DNA from: Chrysomallon squamiferum
Taxonomy: Eukaryota > Animalia > Mollusca
Length of the DNA: 64,000 nt
Reading direction: 5' to 3'
Assembly (NCBI GenBank): GCA_012295275.1
Contig: CM022665.1
Location: 17,236,001 to 17,300,000 of the forward strand
In this document: positions 1-12,917 of the stretch, in pieces
Numbering within the stretch: position 1 is the stretch's first letter
Layout of the letters: the number at the start of each line of letters is the position of its first letter
Program-made: the position numbers and the translations under genes
Notes under the pieces: generated by a model
The model's input: only the letters and a program-made list of their open reading frames with translations
Told to the model about the DNA's origin: nothing
Databases searched by the model: none

Positions 1-1
1 C

Positions 2-1020
2 CAATGCAATATAAGCACCACATGCGCAGAAAGCCATCTCTTCCATTCAAGCGCCATTTCAAAAATTCCCACCCACCCACTGCATAAAAATAAATGTCAT
101 ATTCATAATACTGCTCTTGAGTCTTTTCTATTTTGGAGGGCTTAACAGCAAAAGAATCCAGTCAACAAGAGCACAAAGAGCCTGATGGACAAGATGCCAC
201 CGTCATCGGCATCATGAGCAACGTACAGCCAGCTGAAGAAAACTGAATATTTAATTAAAAACGATTTTTTTTTTTTTTTTTTTTCATTAGATGTGTACCC
301 CTTAAACCTTCATATGTTCATAGAAGCACCCCATGGTTACTGTTCACATTACTTTTAGTAATTTTTAGATCACTTTATATAAATCAATGTTTTATTCTCT
401 ACTAGATATATTTGTAAAAAGTAATTCATGAATCTCACGGTGAAAAGTAACATCTTATACAACACTAGCATATGGAATGGCCCATTTTACACCATGCTGT
501 AAAGACTTCGTTTACTTTCATTTTGTTTTGTGCTAACTGTATCTCCAGTTACGATAAATGTTCCAAACTTCGATTTTGATAATCACTCAGATTACTGAAG
601 CTTGTATAACTTGTATACAGTCTTACCTACACTTACATGTTTTTCTGAGCAAAATCAGAACTTGATCAAAATCTTATATTTTTACTTAAATTCAGTTGTT
701 CTTTTTCTGTTAATAAAATTACACACCAGCTATCACACGTACACTTATTATGTATGGTGTTAGATGGAAGTGTTAAATACAGTGCGAATAACTTATTTAT
801 ACGTTTAAATCTTAGTTACATGCTTTTACTTGTAGACAGCTAAACTTGTTTCATTAATTGGAAGTTATTATTGTAATTTTATAAGGCTTATATATTTATT
901 TTTTTTATTATTATTATTATTATTTACTTATTTATTTATTTTTTAAATAAAAAGATGTGATACTTTAAGAAAGTTATTATTCATTCTGTGAAATTCTAAA
1001 AATAAAAAAGAATAAAAAAA
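2..1020 (+). other. possible last exon / 3' UTR of a gene starting left of the window
   Basis: Frame 2 is open from 2 to a stop at ~145, and another short open stretch ends at TGA 244-246. A T-rich, CpG-poor tract follows, with AATAAA at ~712, ~947, ~1001 and ~1011. No recognisable protein, so strand and coding status are uncertain. Confidence 0.2.
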
Positions 1021-1829
1021 ATATAAACAGTTAAAGGAAAGCAATGTTCCAGTGAATATGACATGGGGATTCAGTCTTTGTATTTTTTTTTAAATTTTTA
1101 ATGTTTATTATATATTTTTAAATATATATATTATTGGGTAACTATAAACCCAAAAGCTCTTTGAGGACATATTATCTGTCATTGTGGTCATCCTTAAAAA
1201 CTGATGGGCTAAGTTGATGGTCCATGGCTCAGCCTGAATCTCCAAATTGGCTCAACTTGTCCCAGTGTGAATTTTCAGAAGCGCTGCACTTCCATACTTA
1301 CTAAAGCATGCTATTTTACTTTCTTTCTTCTGTTTTGTTCGGTATTTGTAATCTTATCAAAACTGGAGAAGAATATCACTAGTATATTTGAATGTAATGA
1401 TCCTATATTATTAAATGCGAGAAAAGGTATACCGGACAAATGCGTGAGACATCCAAATACAGTTTCACATAATAATTTGTTTAACAGTTAAAAAAAAAAA
1501 GAAAAAAAGCTACGTTTGCCAATAAGAACTGTATGCAAGAGAAGGCAACAACAACATGTAATACTATTACAGTGACGATGACGACGACAACAGCAACTAC
1601 TATTATTACAACGACGAGAACGACGCAAAATCAAACGACGAAACGGAACTAAAAGAAAGAAACAATGTCAGCAGATAAGTATATATTTCAGAATGAAAAG
1701 ACGCAATGGCTCAGGAGAATTAATATTATTGTTATTGTTATTGTTATTTAACGGACGCATCCGTCCGTCCCTCCGTTAGCAACTCGCAATAAGAAGTACG
1801 GACATAGACCTCGGTTCGTTACAGTGATC

Positions 1830-1926
1830 GTCTACGGCCACACCACGTTGAAAACACTGGTTCTCGTCCGATTTCCGAAGTTAAGCTTCGTAGGGCTCGG
1901 TCAGTACTTGGGTGAGTACCGTAGAC
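1830..1926 (+). pseudogene. 5S rRNA gene copy with ~23-nt internal 3' deletion (pseudogene or variant Pol III unit)
   Basis: GTCTACGGCCACACCACGTTGAAAACACTGGTTCTCGTCCGAT..CCGAAGTTAAGC..CG..GGGCTCGGTCAGTACTTGGGTG matches invertebrate 5S rRNA. It then jumps directly to the terminal CGTAGAC, which pairs with the 5' GTCTACG (helix I). Length is 97 nt versus ~120. An oligo-T Pol III terminator starts at 1939. Confidence 0.85.
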
Positions 1927-2891
1927 ACATGCCGCTGCTTTTTTCTTTTCTTTTCTTTTTTCTCTCTCTCTTCTTTCTTTTTCTTTCGTTTCTTTCTTTT
2001 CTTTCAAACAACGACGACAACAACCAGCGCAACAACGACGAGGACAACAGCCACTAGTACGACGACTGCTACAACTACGACAAAAACAGAAAATGAAAGG
2101 ATGAAACTACCAAACGATAGTAAGCTAAAACGAAACGAAACGACACGGGCTAAAGAAAGAAACAAATAATAGTAACATTGCAATTACGCATTTATCTCAG
2201 CTTTTCCGATGATCACTGATAACTTCGTTCTCGAGTATCAGCGGACGGGGAGAGGACCCTCGGAAAATGACCTGCTGACTACTCACAAATGTTTATTGAA
2301 GCATGGCAGTCTCTAACAGCCAACATTTCGAGATATCTACATTGTTTGTATTAATTTACTGTCACACGTTTCTACAAGGTATGAAATAATTTTGAATAGC
2401 ACTCTTTACACCTTTGTTATTAGCAAAGGTTGGAAATATAGCGAACGATTTAAGCAATATATATATGAGAGTTACACATTTCTACTAAATAAAAAAGATA
2501 TCAGTGAATTTCGTTTGTATGTAATAGTTCTTTCTCTATTTACCTTTATCTCTCTTTTTCTTTCTCAATATCTTCCATTTACTATAATTAATATTTCAGA
2601 GCCAAAGGAAGGGCGACTACCGCAGTACAGTTAGATGTATTTGAAAACCGTGAATTATCTACCTTTCGGTCTTTTAATAATTATAATTTACAAAACAATT
2701 ATTAGAAACATTTCTGACCTGTATTTATTAATTTATTCAAGAGCGAATTTTTTCTTGTGTTATTTAACATAAATGACAACAAACAGATAGGTGCAGACAG
2801 ACCGACACACCAAAATAGATTTAGACAGTGGTTTATCTAAGGATATGGCATGTGCCTACGATGCCATATACCAGTTTCTCTTATAGTAAAT

Positions 2892-3098
2892 CACTGGTTT
2901 TCAACCTTTTTCATACCGCGACCCCTTATGAGCAACTCAGTATGACCAATGACCCCATTTAAAAGTTTGGATTCAATAATATCTAGGGTTGCCATATTTT
3001 CATAAACCAAACACAGTACAAAAGGAATCTATATTCACTATGAACGATCTCGCGACCTCCAGAAATAAGGCTGGCGACCTCCAGGTTGAAAACCTATG
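2892..3098. mobile_element. hAT (Charlie-type) MITE
   Basis: 16-bp TIRs CACTGGTTTTCAACCT / AGGTTGAAAACCTATG (2 mismatches), subterminal GCGACC motifs, and a degenerate 8-bp TSD with central TA (tagTAaat / aagTAaag). Confidence 0.7.
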
Positions 3099-4796
3099 AA
3101 GTAAAGTTTTAAAAAGTCAGATGCTTGCCACGGTCGCTTTATTCAACAGATATACCTTGGATTTTATGAGAGAAGGAAAAAATGGTGCTGCAGTACAGTA
3201 TTTTTAAATAAATCAAATTTTATGTATTTTATTATTATTATTACTATTATTATTTTTATTATTATTATTATTTATTTGTTTTTACTTTTTTTTTAATCTT
3301 TTAATGAAAATTAATTTTGATTAACGATATATGAAGAAATTTTAATGTTAACGAATATTTTGTGTAAACATTCGGTTTTATATATAAGTATATATTATAA
3401 TTTTATTATTATGATGTAATAGGCGTGAAAGAAATAACTGCCGCTAGTCACTGGAACAATTTTATTTACTGGTAGCAAGTACGTTTCGTACGCATATTTT
3501 AAAAATCATGAAACAGCATACCAAGATATTTTATAAAGCAATAATGAAAACGAAGGCCTGCTCCCTTTGATAGGCTTCTAGCAAGAACGAAAAATAGTGC
3601 AAAGGGATTCTGTAAACAAAAACAAGATAGCTGACACCTTTGATTAAATAATATTAGACCTGACAGTAATAAAACAAACAGACATTCGTGTTTATAATAA
3701 AATAAACAATATAAAACATCTGTATCTTATTAATAACTTCTGGTTCCCATTTTATTCAGTCAAGTGCCAGCTGTGTGCTGTATTAATAGACTTATAATAT
3801 TAGTGTGTTTTTTTGTGTGGTTTTTTTTTGTTCTCGGTTCAAAAACCACGTGATAGTTATCAGTCTTAGTACGTAACGTCTACACCGCCAGATGTCGCTG
3901 TAAGTTTTTTCCCTTTTGTTAGATAACGGATACACACTAAGACGTTGGTGTGATTTTCTTCTTTTCACACTTTTTTTTTTTCTGTTTGTTTTTTTCTTTT
4001 CTTTTCTTTTCTTTTCTTCTACATAACAACTTCACCGTTTTCCCTTTCGACATTAATTAATGGTTTGACCTCTAGATGTCACTGTGCTTCTCTTTTTTAT
4101 TTTATTTTTATCGGAAGAAGGAATCTGTTATTTGCAGGTTTGTCAGACAAATGTGCAATCCACATATCTTAGTTCACAGATCGAGGCGGTTTAAAAATGA
4201 TAAAACACGGCTCAGATTTCCATGATTACTTTCTGAAAGTCTCCCAGAAATCAGTTGCAAATTCTAGAAAATTCGACTTTTTAAACACTGTTAAAATGTT
4301 CTGACAATTTTTGTTTAACATTTTAACTATTTGGTCAGTAACACGTAACAGACTTTACAGGAAACAGACAACATTTATTTTATTAATTAACAACTGAGAA
4401 TCTTATGTCAGGATATTCGCAGAGAAAGGATATCACATTCAACTGCCTGTGAAACACCAATCAGAGAGCATAGGTTAGAACGGAAAATAATACACCGATT
4501 TATAAGCAATCCGGTTTAAAGGCGAATTGTTACACACAGTTCTTGAAGGTAACAGTTAAGCAGACCAGCTGTAAAATCTTTATGATACATGCCGTAAGTT
4601 GTGTAAACGAAAATACTAAATGTCCGTCTATTTCCTACAAGATATTGCTGGGTGATATTTTGAAACAAAATTTTATATTATACAAGATCTAATAGCAAGG
4701 GATTTTAAAAATGTGTGTAAAAAGTAACATTATGGATTTATTCCTCTGAAACATTTGTTTCTCTGACCTATTCTGCTCTGGGAATGAATCACATAT

Positions 4797-4975
4797 CTCC
4801 CCTTCTCTACAAACAAACCCTAGATGCTCCTCTACAAACAAACTGAGATCCACCCCTCTACAAACAAACTTTAGATCTTCCCCTCCTCTACAGACAAACT
4901 TTAGATCTTCCCTCCTCTACAGACAAACTTTAGATGTTCCTCTCCTCTATAAACAAACCCTAAATCCGCCCCTGC
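4797..4975. repeat. minisatellite, ~25-30 bp unit (CCTCTACAAACAAACTTTAGATCTTC), ~6 copies
   Basis: Repeating units are directly visible; the array ends in AAATCCGCCCCTG. Confidence 0.85.
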
Positions 4976-5760
4976 TTTCAATTCGATTCCATCATTACTA
5001 CAACGAGGACTTCATCCAACTCCGTCTGCCAAGTGAAAATGAATAACGACCCAAGAGAATTCTGAAAAGATACGACATCATGACATGTAAATTTATCAGC
5101 CTGTTCTCTTCGCGGTCTAGAATTACAAACCGGTGGTATATATATACAGTATCATTTTTAGGCAAACCAACCAAGTTTGTGTGCAGAAAATAAACTCATC
5201 CAGTGCAGACTGTTCCCGTCTTGGACGCTGATAAAAGTGGAGGTATCTGGTTTCATGTTTTAAAGTTGTTTTCCATGCTTGTATCTTAGACGACTGGGGA
5301 TTACAAAACTTGTATCGTGTGCTGTGGAGTTCAGTTCGATTATAACTAAGTGGGCAAAAATTACCTTGTTTGCTGTAAGAAGAAAATAATAAATGAATTG
5401 AATTTAAAAAATAAAATTGTTAAGCATATAGATTAGTTGTAGGATATACCACTTGCACACATTTATTAATTCTAACACTGTATACTGTTGAAACCAACAA
5501 CGTTTTCCGTTCAAGAATTGTGTTATGTTTAATAAAACAGTTCAGTGGCATTAGCTAGAATGGGAAAATTCGATAAAAAAAAAATCTATAAAAAAATAAT
5601 AATAATAAAATAAAATAAAATAAAATAAAATCAGTTTTAAATTAAGTCCTGAAATAGCTTTATGATTATTAATAAGTTCAACATTCCATGTGTGATCTTT
5701 TTTAATTTGCAGTTTCAAAAATATTTCTTATTACTGTTTAAAAAATGGTTTTAAAATCTC

Positions 5761-5763
<3 letters not shown>

Positions 5764-5831
<68 letters not shown>
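5764..5831. repeat. (CT)n microsatellite
   Basis: Perfect dinucleotide run. Confidence 0.95.
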
Positions 5832-5833
<2 letters not shown>

Positions 5834-6029
5834 GTAAGTAATTCAGTAACACGTTTTAAATTAATAACTCGGAAAACACAGACATAAATTATAAATAAAC
5901 GATTTTATTTTACAAAATTTTGTGGACGAATTTTACAAAAGGCTGCTTGTGAGCATAACACAGGCATCAAAGTATTGAAGTTTTTGTAATAAATTTATTT
6001 GCTTATAAAAGAAATAAAATCATAATTTG

Positions 6030-6140
6030 GCAGTGACATCAACGGCTGCATCTTAACCGGAAGTTTCTTTTCCACGCCCACATTTGTGTTCTTTGGACGG
6101 ATTGGCTGGCCTCCTGAGGTCAAAAGTCAAATGGTATGTA
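6030..6140. promoter_or_regulatory. housekeeping-type promoter motif cluster
   Basis: ETS site CCGGAAGT (~6057), GC/KLF box CCACGCCC (~6072) and CCAAT on the minus strand (ATTGG ~6101), followed by ATG|GTATGT at 6131-6139. Confidence 0.4.
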
Positions 6141-7139
6141 TGAACGGAAAATCCAGATCACAGTTACTAATAATATGAGCTTTTCGTTGACCTTAGTGAT
6201 TTTTGAAAATCACAGCTTGAAAGCTGAGTGTATTTATATTTAATAATACTAAAACGAATGGTAACAATTCCATTCTGATGGTTACTGACGTACGTTATCT
6301 AACCTCTGATAAGTCAACGTATTATTGTTGGTAAATTGACTTTTCTTACTTCTAATAATTAGACATTCACAAGAATATAACACATTTCCTTTACTAGGAT
6401 AATTTTATGGTGATAATCACTTGCAGTAAGATGTCTTATTCACTTGCAGTGATTTGACCTACCAGTAAAAGCAACCGATCATACGAGGTCTAATGAATAT
6501 GACTCAACTGTTGGCGGTAATGTGACCCATACTCACTGATTCTAAAAATATCTAATCATTGATTTTAACACGATCTAATCATTTGGATGTTGTCATTTTT
6601 CAGTTATGATGGAATCACCGGCACAAATGCACCGTTTCTCTACTTGCACTTTTCACTGGTACCTTAATACACTCGTTGCTTTTAAACACCTTCATCAATA
6701 CTTAAATATAAAACGTCATTCCCGCTCCACCATATCATTTTCCCGTTCTAACAAAAGAGGAAAAGATCATCTAATAATGATATCTCTAACTGCTATAATA
6801 TGAAATCCTTTTTAGTGGCAGTTTCTCTTCGGATATAGAATTCAGGTCTAGATTTTGAAATTCTATGTGTTAGCAATGACTGTATGAGTTATATACCCTC
6901 AGATTTTGTAAAAATCACTGGGTGCTAGCATTATCTATTTGAATAATTATAAACTTCAAATCAATACAAAACTAATGTTCTAAACTATACACATTCTACA
7001 GCGGTAAAGCAACGGAAATCGACACACCAGGCCTGACGAAATATTGCTTTGTACATTAGGCAGCTCGATATATGTCTAGAATTGCCCAGATAAGAAATAA
7101 TTACAAATTCTAGAAAAAAAACGTTCAACATACTAATAA

Positions 7140-7830
7140 GTGATTTTCCCTGTTGTAAAGATATACGATCTTCTCGGTTATAAATGTACGTGATTATTAC
7201 CTTTGTAAAATATTAGTGACGTACATGATTTTCCCTCTGATACTATACGTGATTGTTACCTTTGTGAAATACTATTGATTTTCCCTCTTATGAAATGTAC
7301 ATGATTATAATCCTTTGAAAAATATTACTGACAAACGTAATTATTATCTTTAAAATATTACTGAGTAGTTGATTTTCCCTCTACTACATGTAGGTGATTA
7401 TTATGTCTGTAATATATTTCCTGTTATTAAAATCTTACATATTTATGTACATTAAGATGCCCTTTGTAAACTATTTAATTATGTAAACATCCCTGTTCAG
7501 TTTGTTATTATAAACACGTTATCATTACCTTTGTACAATATTTGCAACTACTTATTTAAACTATTACGAACACATGTGATTACTGCCGTTGTAAATTATT
7601 ACGGCATGTAAATTTCCCTTTTAAAGCTGTCAAATATCATGAATGTGTATGGTTATTCCCAGTTTAAACTATTACAAATAGACGTATTAATTTATAAACT
7701 ATTATACTAGCTAGTAGATGTACGTGATTATTTCCCCGTTTAAATAAATCCAGATGAACGTGATATTTTTTTCTAAACTACTACAGAAATATGTAATTAT
7801 TTCTTTTTTTTTAAATATTACAGATATCGG
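7140..7830. repeat. degenerate tandem repeat (~35 bp; GTGATTATTACCTTTGTAAAATATTA / TGATTTTCCCTCT motifs)
   Basis: Recurring tgatt(a/t)tt(a/c)cc(t/c)ttgt..aaa(c/a)ta(t/c)tac motif at roughly 35-bp spacing. Confidence 0.65.
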
Positions 7831-8155
7831 ATGGTGTACGCAATCCTAGATAATCGGATTTAATTTTAAACATTTGTTTTTCTGTTAATCCAGAAATTTC
7901 TATTTAGCTTATCAAGATGTCATGAATATCATGCATTTGTAATTATTATTATTATTGTTGTTTGTATTTGTATTATTTGTATTTATTTATCCTGAGCAAC
8001 TTATCAAAAATGATACGAATCCACTGCCATTTGAATTACGTTATCCTGGAAAGCTTTCCAAAAACAGTTTAGCCACATAACGAACATGATTTGATAGGAA
8101 GTTCTACACTGACATCCTGCCTCTAACACGTTGTAGTAATAAAACGATGTATTTT

Positions 8156-11100
8156 TCACTCCTTCAAAATCATCCTCTTTTTGCCGAAATTCATTCCGCT
8201 CTGGTTAGCTCCCTTGTTTGTTCCGTACTGCAATGAAATGACAGCCTCGCTAGCTCTGAGAATTTCCGGTGAAAAGTTTCTTCTGTTCTCTTCACATTTT
8301 CGTGGCCACCAGCGCTGACCGTTGAAAGATGGGTGTGACTCGTACTGCAAGAAAAAAAAAATATATATACTTAAGTTAATAGTAAAACGGAATGTTCAAG
8401 AGCAAGAACAAAAAATATGACTGCAAACAATGTATAGGAATAGTTGTAGTAGCAGTAGTAAGTGAAGTATTAGTAGTAATAATAATAACAATAACAACAA
8501 CAACAGTAATAATAATAATTATTATTATCATCAGCAGCAGCAACAGCAGCATCATCGTTATTTTTATTATTATTATTCACAACAATACTCATAATAATAA
8601 GAACAAAAATATTAACAACATCTGTTATAATAATAATGATAATAATAATAATAACAACATAAATAAATAATAACAACAATAATAACAATTACAATAATAA
8701 TAAATACATAAATAAACAAACAGTCGTGTGAAAATATATATATAAGTAAAAACTAGTATGTATCAATAATATATAGAAGTAAAAAGAGCAACAATTAAAT
8801 GAAAAATTTTAAAAATTGCAAAATAAAAATTAATAATTTTTTTTTTTTTTTTTAAATTAGACCATTAGTAATACACAAAAGGAATAAATATATATAAAAT
8901 GAAACGTGTATGTGCCAAATTAATACTTGTAAAAAACAAAATAATAATAATAATTTAATTTAAAAAACTAATAATAATAAAATAAATTAAACAAGAAAGA
9001 AGAAGAAGACGAAGAAAATAAAAGCAAGAGAAAAATAAATATGAATGACATCTGACGTTTCTATCAACTTGCCACTTGGTGTTACGTGCAAAACGTTAGA
9101 GTTAGAAACCTGAAAATAATTATATATATGTAACCGCCAAAAGGAAACGAAATCGGAAGCAGAAACAACAACAACAAAAAAATTAATCTGATACTGTAGA
9201 CATTTATTTACCCAACTATTTTAATAACCCAAAACAAGTCATTCGTAGATTAGGTCATGCTGACTTTTATCTCAAATATGTTTTAACCCAGGTCAGTGTC
9301 TGCAAAAGTCTAAGATAAGGCACATAACGTGTTTATATATATATATATTCTTTAAAACATTATTAAAATTTAATAAGAAAGAATTTATGAATAAAGAAAA
9401 TGAAAAAGAAAAGAAGAAATGTGAATGAAGAAAAATGTTATTACGTCTTAACTGGGGTAATTAAAGAGAAATGAAAAGACGAATGAACAGAAAAAAGGAA
9501 TGAATAAGGATGAAAAACAAGAATGGCTGAGAATACTAATGAGAAAAAGAAAGAAACCCAAGAGTATGGAAATGGGGGGGGGGAGAAAACAACGCATAAA
9601 TAAATTGAAGATATGATTAAAGGAAGAAAGATAGAAGCGGAGAAAGAAAATACATTAAAGAAAAGATTTAATTATGGAAAGAAAAGAAACGAAGGACGGA
9701 TGAAAGGAACAACAAAAGAGGGAATGTTATCTAATTATTAAAAAAGCAATTGATCTTTTAAAAAAGACATACAAAAAAAAAGAAGAAAGAAAAAGGATGA
9801 AAAAAAGGGCGAAAGCAACAAAAGTACCAGAGTACAAATACTAAAAGAAACCAAGTTATGATATTTTAAAAAGATCGGTTAGTTGCACTTTTGTACCGGT
9901 ACAGTAAAAGAACTGGACTTAAAAAGACATTTAAAACCTTCACTTCGAACGTAAAGAATACATTAGTGTTCGTACAACATCATCAAACGTTCGTAGGAAG
10001 TTTTCTAGAGTTTATAATGTTCGAACACAAAGTTCTTCAAAGTGACGAGAAGCTAGCTTTTCAAATGAACTACTGCAGATGTACATAGAAATTGCCATTA
10101 TTTTGGGAGTATACATTGAAAGGCCAATACTGTTACTACTTCCGTTTTTCGTTTATCAAGTGCACCGATTTTAACGTTTAAAGTCTATAGACAAAACAGC
10201 TATAGTGTTTGTAGTCGACAAACAAAATAATGAAAATTCTAACTGAAATTCTTTTATTTAAGTACTCCAGTAAATTTATAATTCCTTGAAAGCTCAAACG
10301 TACAAATCGACTCAGACTGAAACTCACAAACTGACGCATTCTCATGCTCATGCAAATCAACGCATTATTATTTTTTTTTAGATGTTATCAAATTCACAGA
10401 TCGAAGCATTCTTAAACTGACACAAACCGTCGCATTAAAAAAACTGACACAAAACGAGGCATTCTCAAACTCACAAACTGACGCATTCTCAAACTCCTGT
10501 TCTCTCAACATATTAAAACTCTGTAGACTTCAAAGCTTACCTCTGTTCCCAGCGCTCTGATTGTGGCACACACTTGCCACAGATTAGTTCTTTCGTACAA
10601 ACAGTCAGTCTGAAACACGTTGGCCTCGGAGATGCCGTACTGTTGACACTTTAGTACGAAAAGTTCAATACGCTCACGTTCTCTAGCCGCTCGAAAAGCT
10701 TCGCTGCAGTTTGGGTTAAAAGTCTTGCTTTGGAAGTTGAGCTTCATGGAGTCAGGCAGGCACACGTTGATTGCTCTGAAAGAAAATATAAAAATGTTTA
10801 ATATGTTTTTAATAATTATAATACAGAGTTACATTTTGTATGCATTTATTCAGTGTAATGTGCTATGACGTATAATAATTATAATACAAGTGTTAAACAC
10901 AACAAAGTACAGGTACCGGATCAATTACCCGGACTCCTTGTCATTCCGGATTTCTGGATATTCCGGTACCAAGGCATCTAAATGTGTAAATAATTAGCCA
11001 TAAACATTTTAAAATTAAAAACATAAAGAAAATTGGTTATAAACATCCGTGGCGGCTCGACACGTAAACAGTGCGGCGAGTGAATGAACACCACATGGCT

Positions 11101-12877
11101 TGAAAGAGTAGCTCCGGTCTGGTGAGGACAACACCCGCGCGCGCGAACTATGAAAATAGCGTCGGGAAAAAACTTCCGATTTTCTGGTCATTCAGGATTT
11201 CAGGACGCCGGGTAATTGGTCTGGTATCTGAATAGCACAGTGCATTACAAGATAAATACAATCCAATAATCAAATTAAATTAGAGTAGGCCTGGGGTGTA
11301 ATAGATCGTAAGTTCGATTGCAGCTCAGTGCTCATATTGGTCTATTTCCCGTCTCAGCTACTGATCCTTAAATGGTTTATGAAAGGCCATGCAATATTCG
11401 TTTCTATCTAAGGGAAGATGTATTTAGAATGTTCTTTCTTTTTAGGAACGTAATGTCTTTCTTTTTTTATATCTTAATTATACAAAACCAACTCGTCTGA
11501 TATATAACATCTGTTCTAGGCAGGCAAATTAATAATCTTACATTACAAGAATCGACTTCTCGTACAGGTTCATACTGAGAGACAACTGGGAGGTACAAAA
11601 CTACACAGACTTTGCTCTCTGATTAATTTTCTGATATCTTAATTTAAAATAACCTTGAGAGAAAGCCTCGTTTTTTTTATGGATTTTTTTTGGGGTTTTT
11701 TTTTTTTTTTTTGTGTGCGTGTTTTTTTGTTGTTGTTTTTCATGATTTGAACATTAAGATAAACAAACCGTCTTTTAAACATTTTAAATCCAAGTTCAAA
11801 GTTAATTCAAAAGCTTTTTTTCTTAGTCGAAATGATAAGGTTTAAACAAATTTTGATCCATACGTTACAATAAACCTACTGGCAAAATAGAAATCTTTAT
11901 CTATACGTTGCAGACAAATCCTACTTGCAAAGTAGAAATAGGTGTCTGGACGTTACAGCAGAAGTTTTGAGCAAAAAAAAAAAAAAAAAAGAAAGAAAAA
12001 TCTTTATCTATATGTTACAACAAAACCTTCGAGCATAGGAGATATCTTTGTCTACACGTTACCACAAGACCGTCTTGAAAATGAGATATCTTTGTCTATA
12101 CGTTTACAAACAAAACTTTCGTGCAAATAAGACATTTTTATCTATACAACAAAACCTTTGTGCAAAGGAGAAATCTTTATCTATATGTTACAAACAAAAC
12201 CTACTTGCACAGTAGGAATCCGTCTCGGAGAACCTTGTAGAAGTTTTCCATGACCTTGTAACGTTCGTTTGACTGTTCGATTGGGAAAGATTCGCCAGTC
12301 AGGAACTGCAACCAGGCCAGACATTTCTTTGCTTCTTCTGGATCGAAAGCATTGTCAATCTGAAATTATATAAATATGGGAAATGATTATTTACAACTAT
12401 TAATTTAGCCACATCATATACATACATTTTGATTTATTTTAAAACGGCGAAATAGCAATGTATGTCTTTGATAGTTTAAAAATGAAGGAATCACGTATTT
12501 GGGAAAAAAAAACCCAGAATAATCACGTGTATCTACAATATTATTAATATCTATAAGTAACTGGTAAACTAGACTGAAGTAAGATAATTATCATAAGAAC
12601 TGTTCTGACCACTGTCGTATTAATCTTTAGACGATTTTGTTCACAGCATATCTATCATTATGTTCTTCCTAGTGATGTTTAATAGTCAGCAATCAAATAA
12701 AAAACAAATAAAAATTTCAGTTTGAATTAAATGCTTTCTGTTATATAATGATTGTATTCTAAATTTAGTACACCTTTTATTTTTAATATTATTTTGATAT
12801 CATCTTAGACTGGGGAATTCTCTTCAGTCAAACCCGTTTATTAATTTTATTCTCTGAGAGACTAAGTAACTTTGTAA

Positions 12878-12917
<40 letters not shown>

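Noticed and set aside
1-250. In-frame TGA codons in His-containing frames, suggesting a selenoprotein P tail
   Set aside because: The frames also contain TAA stops, there is no recognisable homology, and no SECIS was identified.
8392-8688. Poly-I/N/L/Y ORFs here and similar ones at 13479-14245, 19549, 21926-22552, 23922, 24577, 27752, 32519 and 59887
   Set aside because: Products of tri-, di- and tetranucleotide microsatellites.
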